A DNA stretch of 64,000 bases. Origin: Sphaerodactylus townsendi. Taxonomy: Eukaryota. The translations under genes and the position numbers were made by a program. The stretch lies in the NCBI RefSeq assembly GCF_021028975.2, contig NC_059433.1, positions 58,218,001 to 58,282,000 of the forward strand, read 5' to 3'. Shown in pieces: positions 49,916 through 62,430 of the stretch; within the stretch, counting starts at the first letter, position 1, and every line of letters begins with the position of its first letter. The notes beneath the pieces were generated by a model. It did not search any database, was not told the origin of the DNA, and saw only the letters and a program-made list of their open reading frames with translations.

Positions 49916-50290
49916 TGCCTCTTCCAAAGGGCCAAAAAACAGTGCTCCAGGTCCTTGGGGTGCTGTTTGCACAGGAGGTGCTGCTGCATCGCAGCAGGTG
50001 CTGTCCTGGCTCCCCCCAAGCGGCATGAAGGTGCCGCTTTTAAACTTTGCTCAATGGGCGAGGTTTTTAAAAAGTGGTGTCTTCAAACCGGTGCGGTTAG
50101 CTTCTCCCCTCCCCTCTCCTTCCAGCATCACTCTGGAGGGGTGGAGGGACATGCCCACACTCTGTGCAGAGCCACCTCTCTGGCTGGGGAGAAAGTTGGG
50201 GCTGCTCGCACGCTACAAGCAGTCCCCGAGCCTCCACCGGCATAATTTATGCCGGTAGAAGTTCGTTTCCGCTGCTGTGCGGAAAAGGCC
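49916..50290. mobile_element. Harbinger-like MITE in GGH intron 7
   Basis: Right TIR GTGCGGAAAAGGCC as in 27616-28097; internal palindrome ACCGGCATAATTTATGCCGGT; left end decayed. Confidence 0.55.
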
Positions 50291-50505
50291 ATAGTTTCCC
50301 TGGAAAAGTTTAGTCATGAAAAACACGCCATGACAGTACACTTCACCTACATGCCACGACAGTACACGCCATAACAGTACACCTCCAGGACACTTCATGG
50401 CACGCATAATGACACTTACGATACAACAATGTCATGTGTTTTGGGTTATCAAATACTGATGTACCATATGAAATATCAAAACTTAAGCATTCATCGAACT
50501 ATTAC

Positions 50506-50596
50506 CTTCCATGGTGGATATAAACTCTATATTGCCATGGACATTAGTTGTCAAGACCTTATAGAAACTGCGCAATTTCTCATTGTTCGTAAAATT
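50506..50596 (-). CDS. GGH: GGH exon 7 (NFTNNEKLRSFYKVLTTNVHGNIEFISTME)
   Basis: VLTTN and EFISTME motifs; ttttacag acceptor, G|GTAAT donor; 91 nt. Confidence 0.95.
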
Positions 50597-50819
50597 CTGT
50601 AAAAGAAGAAAGAATTCTTTTAAATCTACATTTAATCAGGCAATTTTATTCCTGACCACTCTGTAAAACATACTACACATAAAACATTCTACATATAAAA
50701 ACATATTTACTACTCCATATTTTGGATTACTGGGAACTCAACAGGATTACTGAACTTTGAAAAATAAAAAATCATGATCTTTGCGAATTTCTGAAGGCCT
50801 TTTAAATGAAGTATAAGAG

Positions 50820-51895
50820 GTAATACGATTGCACAGATCAACAGGTTAAAATATTTGGGAATATACTTTCATTATAGAACTAGTTGGATTACTCATAAGA
50901 AACTTTTGATAGATTTGACAAAAAGTAGCCCATTGGTGCTTACACGCTTCCATTTTACTCCAAGTAACCTGTATGTTTCAGCAGCTCTTAAGGTTTTAAT
51001 GCCAAATTAAGTTATTAACTTCTTTGTGGAATTCCAATCTGGATAAACACAATCAGGATGTTGAAAGGATACAATCAAATTTCTTACATAAAATTCTTAG
51101 AACACCAGAATGTGGACCATATGTACTCTGTATTCAGAAACAAACCAAAGGTTTTTAGCTACCAGAGTTTGGCTGACAACCATTACATTTTAGCTTCACT
51201 GTCACTAACAGCTTTATTTCCTATATGTTAACAGAATCCCAATCATTGTAAGAAAATTGAGGAAAAAATTAGATCAACAGGGATCTCTCTTCAGAGTCCT
51301 GGTATTGTCTTGCTGAAGACTCAGCATTTAATGTAATTAGCCGCAAATTGCTAATACAGAAATGCAGGAGCTTAGGAGCCAGACTAGAAGTAGGTATTCC
51401 CCAATGAGCATGGAGATCTCATCAAATAGTTACTCCACAGTATCATATTTCTCATGACTAACTGTTCCGCACCAATGTATGGAATATGATTGTCAGATTT
51501 AACACACTCCCTTCTGCTTCGTTTAAATGGAAAATATCACAAAATTCTGTTTCTGGTTAGAGTTTGCTCTTCTGGACAATGTGAATTAGAATCACTTGCC
51601 CATGTTTTGTTATACTGCTCTCTTTATTCTAGAATCTGTGTTAAATTTATTGATCTGTAGCTTTGTGATAGAGAATGGTACTCAGATGATTCCAAGAGAT
51701 CCTTTCTTATGACTAACTGAAATCCAAAGATAATCGAATCAGTTGCAAAAAAATTACAGAACCCAATTAGATACTGTGAACGAAATGTAGCACATCTTTT
51801 TGGCTGATCCTGAACTGTTCTAGTCAGTGTATACTCAGATATATTGTACATTAATTTTTATCTCTGTTAATGCCAACAGAGGGCTTGTGTATGTA
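50820..51895 (+). mobile_element. Decayed LINE ORF2 3' portion in GGH intron 6 (antisense to GGH)
   Basis: Frameshifted KVLMPN/IQSNFL pieces and a C...ESLAHVLLYC zinc knuckle; same type as 24570-25505. Confidence 0.6.
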
Positions 51896-51913
51896 TTAAA
51901 CATACACAATTAC

Positions 51914-52020
51914 CTGCACAGAAAGGCTCCAGAAATGGAAGTTTGAAGTCACAGGGTCAGAAGCCATCTCTTGCAGCAAATCATCAGGGAAATCTGCAAA
52001 CATCTTGGTGCCTTTGGCAT
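51914..52020 (-). CDS. GGH: GGH exon 6 (DAKGTKMFADFPDDLLQEMASDPVTSNFHFWSLSVQ)
   Basis: MFxxFP and NFHxWSLS motifs; tttaag acceptor, CAG|GTAATT donor; 107 nt. Not in the ORF track; read directly. Confidence 0.95.
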
Positions 52021-52858
52021 CTTAAACCGAAAAAGATAATAAATGTCAATGGCAGGGTATTCATTCATTCATTTTAGTTTGTATAGTCTACTTGAGATAG
52101 AAAATGACATTTATCCAAGGGTGAACATCACATCAGAAATAGTGGAAACAACAGAGAGTGCCAATACAGAAAAATGGTTTCTGATCATTAAGCATACATG
52201 GTACTGGCTGAAACCACATCAAATGAATCTCATGCTAAATATGTATCGCACTGCACTACAAAACAATGAATATACAGGAGGACCCTTATTACCACTTTTT
52301 AATGGAACCCATTATCAATATATTCAGCATCTACCTAAGGAATAGGATCCCACAGTCTGCCTGTGGAAGGTGAAGTCGGTTGATAATTGTTTCAGCCTGC
52401 CCCCCACCCCACCCCCACCCCCAACAGCAGCCATTTCTCACCCTGGGAAATTTTATTACTGGGATTGCAGGGCCTGCATGTGGCCATGTGGGTCAGGAAG
52501 CTGTAATGAGGAATGGGAAAGGAATGAAATCTCTCTTTCTGGTATGGAAAGGAAGAGGAAGAAGGAAACAATTTCACCCTGGCGTTTCAATACAAAGAGT
52601 GAGTGCTCCACCTTGAAGATACACTTAAAAAGCCAATGAAACACACAGCTATTAAATCATTCACAATGACTTTGTGTGGGACAGGAGTTATATATCCAAA
52701 ACTACAGTTCCTCAAGTGCCAAATTTCAGATTACTTCAAGCCTTTATGTCACTTTTTCTCAACAAATTCATGGTATGCTGGTTTTGTATGCTCTCCCAAA
52801 TACAAGGCAGTTTTAGGATCTAACATATGAAAATGAAAGGCTAACAAAAGTGTTTTAC

Positions 52859-52997
52859 CTTTTGTAAAATTCAGTGGAAATGCAAAATTATCAGTATTAG
52901 TCCATGTAAGCAAGTTCTCTCCGCAAGTGAGATAGCTGAGCAGTTGGTGTCCCAAGCATGTTCCCCATACAGGAAAATAATCTCCTCTCTCATTAGC
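52859..52997 (-). CDS. GGH: GGH exon 5 ([46 protein letters not shown]), catalytic Cys
   Basis: [12 protein letters not shown] nucleophile elbow; caag acceptor, G|GTAAAA donor; 139 nt. Confidence 0.97.
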
Positions 52998-53690
52998 CTT
53001 GACAGCAACAAAAGGAAGAGATTAACAAATAGTACAGTGCAAACTGATCTTAGACTTTTATTCTCCCTGCTGGATCTACTATGAACAGACTATACAAGAG
53101 AGCCATTCAACCAAGAAAACTGACGGAGCTGAAACCATGTGCAGCGTTGGCAGCCACAGGGATACTTGTAGGTCCCTTCCCCTCAATGTTCAGTTTTCAA
53201 TTAAAAAGAAATAAAATCAAGAAATTATCTAGCTTTTTTGCTAATGGCAATAGAAAGAATGGGGAGGCAGTCATGCCCCGAAGCACAATTTAGCCCCGGT
53301 ACGGCACTGACTTTTATCATTGGGATAACTATGAAAGAAGGATTATTTTGCAAAAGTGGTAGAGAGGAAAGCATCTTCATTTACACTGGTATAGTCTTCG
53401 CTTAAACTGATCTGAAAACGGTACTTAAATTGGAATTATGCATCTGCTTTGGTGCCGAGAAGTTTAGCAAGAAGCCTACTCATAGTCTAAATTATGACAG
53501 TATACATCATTAATTTGTAAGAGAGAGGAGAGAATAACATCTGTGAATAGTCAATTCGAGTAAGCTAGAGTAGGGGTAGCCCAATCCATAACCCTGGGCG
53601 GCCAGGAACAGTGAATAGCATTTGGTATGATGATAGCAAAACAGATATGCCCCTTTGTTGGATTATTAAGGTCCAGAAAGTCTGGATCTA

Positions 53691-53997
53691 GCAGCAGTGG
53701 CGGAGTGGTTAAGAGCAGGTGTACTCTAATCTGGAGGAACCGGGTTTGAGTCCCTGCTCTGCTGCTTGAGCTGTGGAGGCTTATCTGGGGAATTCAGATT
53801 AGCCTGTGCACTCCCACACATGCCAGCTGGGTGACCTTGGGCTAGTAGTCACAGCTCTACGGAGCTCTCTCAGCCCCACCGACCTCACAGGGTGTTTGTT
53901 GTGGGGGGGGGGGAGGGAGGGAAAGGAGATTGTCAGCTTCTTTGAATTTCCTTAGAGGAGAGAAAGGGGGGATATAAATCCAACTCTTCTTCTTCTT
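53691..53997 (+). mobile_element. Full-length Squam3-like SINE in GGH intron 4
   Basis: Pol III A box TGGCGGAGTGG and B-box-like GGTTTGAGTCC, (CTT)n tail; an older opposite-strand SINE abuts it at about 54000-54200. Confidence 0.88.
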
Positions 53998-54630
53998 CAC
54001 ATCTCATCTTTCTCTCCAATGTGAACCTGAAGCAACTTACATTGTTCTCTTCTGCTTGATTTTGTCCTCACAACAATCCTGTAGGGCAGTTTAGGAAGTG
54101 TGTGTATGACTGGCCCAACAAGCTTCCATGGGCAGAATGGGGGATTCAAACCTGGGTTTCCCAGATCCGACTCCAACATTTCAACCACTACACCTCACTT
54201 GATTCTACATCATGCTCTGTCTAGCCCATAGAGGTATGTCATAATATACTGAACTCCTGCTAAATGCCAGAGCTGATTGTTATTTTACCTTTCCTGTAAT
54301 GGAAAGAAAGGAAATTATGAGTCTATTCCTGCAAATGTATGCATACATATTTTAAAGGAGGTAATGTCACTATAATTTAAGGGCAAAATGTATTGGAACT
54401 CCTGGCAGAAGTATGTTTATATTTTTTTTGAGTGGACAGAAAGATAAAACACTATATATCTCTTGCTAGCCAATCCTTCCAAGCTTGATGAAGCAAAACT
54501 CCAGATATGTAGTCAAGGATAAGGCAGAGATATATCCCTACATAGCATCTGCTGGCTGGACAATGTGCAAACATGAACTCTGGTCGTGATTTCTGAATTC
54601 TGCCAACACAGAGAACATTTGAAAGCTGAC

Positions 54631-54715
54631 CTCTAGTGCTTTCCTATAGAATATTTTTGCAACCCTGGAAAATTCAGAAGTCTTGAGGTCAACACCACCT
54701 CCAGGATAAAGTATC
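54631..54715 (-). CDS. GGH: GGH exon 4 (ILYPGGGVDLKTSEFSRVAKIFYRKALE)
   Basis: PGG oxyanion-strand motif of the class I glutamine amidotransferase fold; ttctttag acceptor, GAG|GTCAGC donor; 85 nt. Confidence 0.95.
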
Positions 54716-55690
54716 CTAAAGAAAACAGAAAGTTGGAATAGCTTATCAAGCAGCAAAGAATCACTACCAAAGTCCAACTACAAAGTCAAAGCATAATGCA
54801 GCTAAATTTTGAGAGTAACGATGTACATGTAAACGAAATAAATCTGAAGGGCAATGACAGATTAAAGGAACGTTCACGTTGTCTGGTCAACTGAGCATTC
54901 CTCTCCTCTGTCAGTTTACAATGTGTTATTGAACCAGCATGGAAACCAGCAGGAACAATAAGGAAAGGAATGGATGAAGAAACCTTTAAATGATAAATCC
55001 TGATCATCAATTTAATTTTTTTTTATTTATTAAATTCATATTCTGCCCTCCCCAACCAGCTCAGGCTCACAAACATTTTTTAAATTAACTAATACATAAG
55101 AATACACTAAACACACTTACTTAAAAACTCAAGATGGCCACAGATTTAAACCTATTAAGAGAACACCCAGCCCTGCTCACATATAAACCCTCATCAGTTA
55201 TCCAAGCGTGGGCTAATTCAAGGGAGGGGCCATGCAAAAAACACTGTGTTGATTATTATAGGGAGGCTGGCAAGAGGATATTAGGACACACGAGTGGTCT
55301 CAACCAAAGGCCCAGGGGAACATCCCTGTCTTACAGCCCTTGCAGAACTGTTTAAGATCCTGCAGGGCCCTGGTGTCAGATGACAGAGAGTTCCACCAGA
55401 CTGGAGCCAGGGCAGAAAAAACTCTTGCTCTGGTCAAGGCCAATCACATGTCCCTGTGGCCAGAGACCACCGGAAGATTTTTGTCGGAAGACTGAAACAT
55501 CCTCCTTGGGCAGTAGGGGTAATGCAGTTTTAATTTTTTTTAACGTTATCAGTTTGGGAAATGACCTCACTTAGAAAAACTAAAAATAGGTAGCAGCATA
55601 TCTATAATGACTGGGTGGACCCTGGACCTCTCATGACCTAACTATCCTGACATACCTAATCAAAAAGCTGTTCTGTAGTGGTACACTTAC

Positions 55691-55741
55691 CCATTAATGG
55701 AGTAGAAAATCTTATTATATTCTTCATCTGAACGATTTAGT
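55691..55741 (-). CDS. GGH: GGH exon 3 (LNRSDEEYNKIFYSING)
   Basis: tatccag acceptor, GG|GTAAGT donor, 51 nt, SING motif. Confidence 0.95.
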
Positions 55742-56909
55742 CTGGATAAACAAAAGAAGTACAGCATAAACATATAGTTCTGCTTAGGGGTATGCATTTG
55801 GCAAAACAGAACTGAACCCCCATCCCTGAAAAATATTTCACTGGTATTTTTCAGAAGGGGGGGGGGGGTTAATCCTGAAAAAAGTGGTGTCAATTTAAGG
55901 GAGTCAAAAAGCAAATCCTGAATAATGCTGTTTTTTTTTTCAGCATTATTAGGGCCACATTGGTCTCACCACCATTTTAAAAAATAGGGGGACTCTCCTC
56001 TCCCTTTTTCTCATTCCCCTCACTTACTGGCTGGCTGGCTGGTACTTGGAGGCAGTGCAAAACTAAGCACTAGTCTCTGCTCAGTGGGCCTAACTTTCAG
56101 CTCTGCGTCACTGCTACCTCCAAAGTCCATGTGGGCTCATAGACGACCAACAGCTGAATGCCAGGCTCATAGTCCACACGGACTTGTAGGCAGTACAGAA
56201 GTAAGCACTGGCCTTGAGTCCAGCGATCAGCTCTGTGCCGCCTCCAAGACCCATGTGGAGCTCAGAGGTGGCTAGACTTTTTCAAGTTTGGGTTTAATAG
56301 ACCCGACATTTTTTAAAAAACAATCTGAAAAAGTCAAGCCCCCACCTATACCAGTATGAAGATTTGGCTTTTTCCAGATTTTTCAAAAATGTCCATGTCT
56401 ATTAGACCCAAACTTGAAAAATTCCAACAGGCTAAACAATGTCCTCCCACAAAAGAGGAAAATGGTGCAAACGGGAAGCATAAGCACCCTTCCTCATGGT
56501 ACTGATCTGAATCAGCAGCCTGGCAGGGATGGCAGAAGAGAAGGAAGGAAGGCTCACATCCGATCACAAGTCTTCAGGGGGCTCACACCCTGTTAGGACC
56601 AAGTCTATCTATCTCTTACATTTTTTATACTCCCCTTGCTCCAAAGACCTCAAGGTGACACATACAGTTCTCTTCTGTTTTCTTTTCAAATCAACCTTGT
56701 AAGGTAGGTTAGGCTGCGAGAAAGTGTGGCTGGTCCAAACTTCAGAGATTAGCAGGGATTTAAATCTACATCTCCCTGGGTCTTAATCATACCACCTAAT
56801 CATTCTCCCACAATGGATCCCAGTCATTGGCAGGTATTCAGTGTTGAGTGAAATACTCATTTTGTCATAAGCAGTGTACAGTATGAGCACGCCATTAATA
56901 AAAACTTGC

Positions 56910-57024
56910 CTTATTGGTACTACACGAGCTCCAGCCGATTCAATGAACTTTACATATGAAGCAGCGATATAAGAACTTCCGAATTTTTGGAAGCTTTCGA
57001 AATCAGTCTCCTGTGCCAATATCC
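56910..57024 (-). CDS. GGH: GGH exon 2 ([39 protein letters not shown])
   Basis: Conserved [19 protein letters not shown] motif; tctttag acceptor; 115 nt; ends at an AG|GCAAGT donor, and the frame joins exon 3. Confidence 0.95.
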
Positions 57025-57099
57025 CTAAAGAGACGTGGAAAAATAAAGTGCAATTTTTATGCTAATTATAATCATACACTGATATATATTATCAGCAAC

Positions 57100-57267
57100 A
57101 TGTTGGAGTTCAAGTCATAGCTGGCTTATGGCAACCCTGGTTCGCCACGGTCTGTCTCTGTATCACAACCCTAGACTTTGTTGGTGGTCTGGCATCCAAA
57201 TCCTAATCAGAGCCAACGCTGCTTCGTTTTTGAGATAAGGCTGGCCTGGGCTATACAGGTCAGGGCA
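57100..57267 (-). mobile_element. 5S rRNA-derived SINE fragment
   Basis: ggtctggcatccaaatcctaatcagagccaacgctgcttcg..tgagat resembles the reverse complement of the 5S rRNA internal promoter region; too degenerate to be an rRNA gene. Confidence 0.55.
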
Positions 57268-57691
57268 ATCAGCAACATCTATCTATAGGTAATAATCACA
57301 TTCAAAAACAAAACATTAAAAACTAGAATCTTTCATATTCTTCCATAAATGTTTTATTCCACAAAAGAAAGTAGCGTTTGACTAATAATAAGCCATATCA
57401 AAAGCGACTGTTAAAAATAATCACATTCAGGTTTGACATTATATTTATACCCTTCTTAGAAAGCACCTCTTTCTAGAAAAGAACAAACAACTAGTGTAGA
57501 TCTTCAAGTTCAAAGACACATTAACCCCTATAGCTCTTTATTCTGGTCTGTAAAGATCTTCATTGTGTAATAACTAGCAAAGGTTTTTAGCTGGAGATGC
57601 TGGGGGATGACCCAACAGAATGACCCTTTCTACATACGAAACAGATGCTCTGCCATTAAATCATTCCGCCCCCACCCCCCATCACATCAAA

Positions 57692-58396
57692 GAGAGCCAG
57701 TGTGCTGTAGTGGTTAAGACTGGTGGCCTACCTAGAGAACCAGATTGGATTCCTCAATCCTCCACATGAGCAGCAGGCTCTTAACGGGTGAACTGAATTT
57801 GTTTCCCTGCTCCTACACATGAAGCCTGCTGGGTGACCTTGGGTGAGTCACAAAGGTATAGGGCATGAAATGGAACCCGGGGGCAAGGCCTTGTTTTTGT
57901 GCCCCCCTGCCCCCACACCCCCTGGCCTCCCACAGAGGTAGGGGGCACAAAAACAAGGCCTTGCCCATGGCAGACTCCTGGCCCGCCGGCTGACTACGGC
58001 CTCCAATAGAGGTGGGGGGCGGCAGCTGCCGCCAGGCCATAAACCTGCTGCGGGCCCTCAGGGTGCTCCCAGCCCGGCGCCAGCTGCTGCCTGGCCAGGC
58101 TGCCCCATCTTCATCAGAGGCTGTGAGCCGATAGAGGTGGAGGGGCCCAGCAACTTGATCATGTGGGGGCGCAATTTTGTACCCCCATGTGATCAAATGG
58201 ATGGTGCCCAGGAACAAGGAATATCCCATGTCCCCATGGGCGGTATGCCCCTAGTCACAGTTCTCTGAGAACTCTTTCAGCCCCACCTACTTCACAAGGT
58301 GTCTGTTATGAGGTGAAGAAGGAAAGGTGTTTGTAAACTGCTTTGAGACTCCTTACAAGAGAAAAAGGCAGGATATAAATCCAAACTCTTCTTCTT
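57692..58396 (+). mobile_element. Squam3-like SINE interrupted by a GC-rich hAT-like MITE (about 57851-58252)
   Basis: SINE sequence stops at gggtgagtca and resumes at agtcacagttctc; the insert has CAAAGGTATAG / TATGCCCCT ends and an internal ggccttgtttttgtgcccc fold-back. Confidence 0.75.
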
Positions 58397-58551
58397 AAAT
58401 GTGGATGCTGCTCTTATTTCTCTGATTACAAATTTACACAACATGCAAATTATGCTGTGGCATATGCGGAATGAACACATTATAAAACATGTATCCCTGA
58501 CTGCTACTTAAGACTATTTACAGATAATTCTACTTCCTTTATGTAGTTGTA

Positions 58552-58869
58552 TAAGGTGACCAGATGGTCACCTTTGTGAACCGGGACGGGTGGGTGGCCG
58601 CACGTGCACGTGCACGCGCATCCGCAGGAGCGCACTGCCTTCTGGGGCGCTTCCGTTTCCCGCCCTGTGACAGGGTGGGAAACGGGAGCGCCCCAGAAGG
58701 CCGTGCGCTCCTGCGACTGCGCGCAGGAGGCTGCTGCACTGCCTTGCGCCCCAGAAGGCAGTGCGGCAGCCTTCCCAAAAACCAGGACACTTGAAAAAAA
58801 CGCGGGACGTGGGACAAATTGTTTAAAGGCGGGACTGTCCCACCAAAAGCGGGACGTCTGGTCAGCCTA
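58552..58869. mobile_element. hAT (Blackjack-like) MITE
   Basis: TIRs TAAGGTGACCAGA / TCTGGTCAGCCTA; perfect 8-bp TSD TAGTTGTA; subterminal GGGAC repeats. Confidence 0.85.
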
Positions 58870-61509
58870 TAGTTGTAGAAAGTTAATTTTTTTCTGTTTA
58901 AAGTCGATTTTTTTCTATTTAAAGCAGTGAAGCTTTTTATAGTTCTTAAATGGGAAAAATCAGCATCACCTTTGCTTACTGTTTCAAAGAATCTGAAAGA
59001 TGGTTTTGACACAATTTATTGTGCAAGATCCCAAACTATGTTTTAGTACTGAAGCGAACTGGTTTGTTGAGAAATGGCTATCTTTTTAATGTTATCAAAC
59101 AGTAAATTTTAAGAGATCAGCCTTATGAGTTATGTGTCACTTTCTTTGTATCATTTAATTTCAAATATAAAATAAAGTTTATTTTTACAAAATCTTAACC
59201 TTTATATGAAAATGTTCTTCAGACAGTAAATGGCAACTATGTAAAGTCACTTGACCAATCTTAGGACTTTCTGACTGTAACTGTTTTGTTACATCTTCAA
59301 AATATACATTTCAAGTGGTATATTTTAAAATATGTTCATTATACTGATTAATCTAATGTGTTGAACTATGCAGTCTTTGTAAAAGTTCTTATTAAAGTCT
59401 TGCATTTGCTGCCTTCATGGTTTACACTTTACAGTCTAACTTGGCCAATTACAATTGTGCATTCTCTAACTCTGTCCCTTAAAAGGATCCAAATACATGT
59501 TCATGAAGAGATTTAAAACTTGTTTTCCAAATGGTCTTTACCCACAATGCCGACTAAAACACTATACTGTAATGCTTTCTTGTAAGTAATGCAGTTATGC
59601 CATCCATATAACCTGTTGTGCAATTCTGGAAGAACTATAGCAGGATTCCAATGTGTCAACTCATCAGCTTGCACTACGTGGCAGAATTTTACTGAGCACT
59701 TATCTTCTGACAAATCTGTGCCTGAATAACAACAGGAAGGACAGCAAAGAAAATCTAGCAAGCCTAAAAACAGGAAGGTTTTAAGTTACCAGCAGTCACA
59801 AAAATACATCTAAAGGGAGGGGCAGATTATGAAAGCAGAATTATGAATTTGCAACACATACACTTCGCTGGAAATTTATTATTCATTTGAAAAGTTCCTT
59901 CATTCTGATGGAAAACCCTACATATCACAGGGACCTTGTGGGTGTATAATGAATTGTATGCATCGAGAGCTATAAAACAGGCAAACAAACTTGACACTCT
60001 ACCCTTTAAACTTGGAAAAAAGCACGGGCTACATGTGGCAAAGTCTCTCCCAGAGTTCTTAATGGATATAGGGCTCTTGTGGAAGAATGAATATTTTAAA
60101 GAAGGCCTTTGTGTACAGAGAGAACAGTCTACACCGATCATGCATTTATTTCATGACACACAAGTTGGTTCTAGGACGGAAGGACCTTATTCGATGCAGA
60201 GATGTAGCTGGAAGGAGGAAACCTTTAAAAAAATCAACCCACAGTAACTAGCAACACTCAAGTTACCTGTATTAAGAAGTAAAAAATAAACTTTAGAAAA
60301 AATAATAGCACGTGGAATAAACTGGAATGTGATCAACACTTCAAATCTGTGACATCAGGTGGTTGTCCCTGGTAAACAGCAAGTTGCCTGGTCCAAAGGT
60401 TTGTTTTAGTGAAGTCTACTGACATGTTAGCAGTGGACCAAGGAAAAACGGGCAGACAGCTTTTCCCAAGGATTTCCCTCTCATGAAATATTTTCTTGTT
60501 GAAAAGAGTGAAATGATTTGCAAGGCAAGGCTTTATTCGACATGCTTTGCAAGAACTATGTTGTATGAAGATTTTTATATAAAACAATCTAGAACAGATG
60601 TTTTTCAAACTGAGGGCACTTTTGGAATTCTGACCCAGGATTATGAGCACAACCACGAAATGGTTGCTGCAGAAGGCAGAGCCAACCAAAGAATGCCAGG
60701 CAGCGATGTTATGCGTAACTCTAACACTAATTCTTCAACATTTCAGGGAAAAGCTCTGCATAACAGTGTGCCTTTTAAAATGAATATAGTTTAAACCAAT
60801 TTTTTGCATACACAAATCTTACCTTCAGTCATGCAATGAAGATCTTTGTGCTGCGGTCGAAGCTGCCAAACTATGGGGGGAGAATTGGATTCTGCACAGC
60901 CAATCAGATCTCCAGTGACCAATCAGAATCTTGATGGACACCAGGAAAAATGTGGGCAGGCACTGTGGGATCACAGGCACCATGCTAGAGACCCAAATCT
61001 ATAGCGTTATTTTCAAGGATCTGTTTGTTTAAATTGTGATTTACTTTGTCCGTTATGATTCTGCTTAACTTAACACCGAGTCCTTAATATGGTGACTGTA
61101 TAAAAATTGTTTCTTACTCCAAATAATAAACCTTGTATTTACAATTGTTTTTTCAATGTATTTCTTCTATTTCTCAGATCCCAAAAACTATATGCACTAG
61201 GGGGCTACTGGGTGCAGCAGTTTGCAGCTCTCTAGTATTGGGTATATTTACAGTTTTGTTTTAACAAAACCTAATTTATTTATACTATTAAATATACCAT
61301 CTGATACAATTTTATAAGTTAACAAAATTATGAATTATATTCTTAAAGCTGTAAAGTAAGGTTAGGTTTGATAAGGAATAACAGTCCTGGTATCATCAAC
61401 TTCAAAGGATATGGGAAAGTATAACTATTTAGGACAGCATTGTGAGTTTTGCATAATTTTACTTTTCCCCAAAATTTCTGGGGGTGGCTTTCTTTTAAAA
61501 AAAGGAAGA

Positions 61510-61551
<42 letters not shown>
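61510..61551. repeat. Compound (GA)n(GACA)n microsatellite in GGH intron 1
   Basis: Directly visible. Confidence 0.95.
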
Positions 61552-61552
<1 letters not shown>

Positions 61553-61739
61553 TTTACTACCGGTATGTTATTCTCAGCCACATACAAAAGCATCTCCCAA
61601 CTGGTCCAAACTGCCGCAGATCCCTCAGAACCAACTGTAAGAAGTCACATCGACTCAAGAGACATCTGTACTTTTATCAACGGACCCTATTTCTTCTAAG
61701 CCAGATCAAGCTGCCTACACCACAGTAATAGGTTCAAAG

Positions 61740-62430
61740 CCAGTTCTTCTGGCCATGGCGACCAAACGAAGCTAAAGATCGCTCGGCATGGAACGTTTTT
61801 ATTTCGGATTTTTGTTGTTGCTGTTCCTGCTTCAACTTCCGCGCCTTGCCACACAACCAATCAAACAGGAGACCTTCCTTTGCCGGCGCGAAGAAAAAGC
61901 ACTACACTCACCCAGAATGGGCCTGTCATTCCCGCCGTCCACCCGGCGGCTCCGTAGCAGCAAAGAGATCGCTCCAGGGCTGCAGCAGAGTGCGAGAAGG
62001 CAGCAAGCGGTCAGCATCGGGGTCACTCCGCGGCTGCTCGCCATGGCCACCGCGCTCTCAGCAGCTCCCTGCGGCTCTTTAACGCAAGGCTCCCCGCGCA
62101 CAGAAGAGGCGACCGAGCTGCTCGCAACCCCGCCTCCGGGCTGCAGCCGGCAAGCTGGGAAATGAAGTTCTCTGTGAAGGTCCTTTCTGTCGCAAGGCGT
62201 TTCCCTCCTCTTTCCTCTGAGCCTTCCATTGCAACAGGCTCAGTGCGAATCTTTTTCTTTTTTTTAAGCTCTGGAGAAGAACTACAAATATCTCTGTGGG
62301 AATTGCAGAATGCGCAAAATGCGGAAGAATCGGAGACGCATTTCAAGGATGAAGCCGAGCAGAGCGGTCGGGCGGCCTCCTTTGACACTGATGAATACTT
62401 CCTACGTCACAATTGCCAACAATCACGTTC
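61740..62430 (-). promoter_or_regulatory. CpG-rich promoter/first-exon region of GGH
   Basis: Sharp local rise in GC and CpG around exon 1 in a CpG-depleted background; GC-box-like GGGCGG near 62371 and CRE-like TACGTCA at 62403. Confidence 0.7.
61912..62044 (-). CDS. GGH: Gamma-glutamyl hydrolase exon 1 (signal peptide, MASSRGVTPMLTACCLLALCCSPGAISLLLRSRRVDGGNDRPIL-G)
   Basis: Strong Kozak gccATGG at 62044, hydrophobic leader, NDRPILG matching the GGH first beta-strand, G|GTGAGT donor at 61911; 133 nt, phase 1. Confidence 0.93.

Noticed and set aside
53691-53760. tRNA-like A and B boxes
   Set aside because: Head of a SINE with body and CTT tail; no cloverleaf.
62045-62101. N-terminal extension of GGH in the ORF track (MRGEPCVKEPQ...)
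   Set aside because: Begins at a non-ATG codon; the ATG at 62044 has a strong Kozak context and gives a normal signal peptide.
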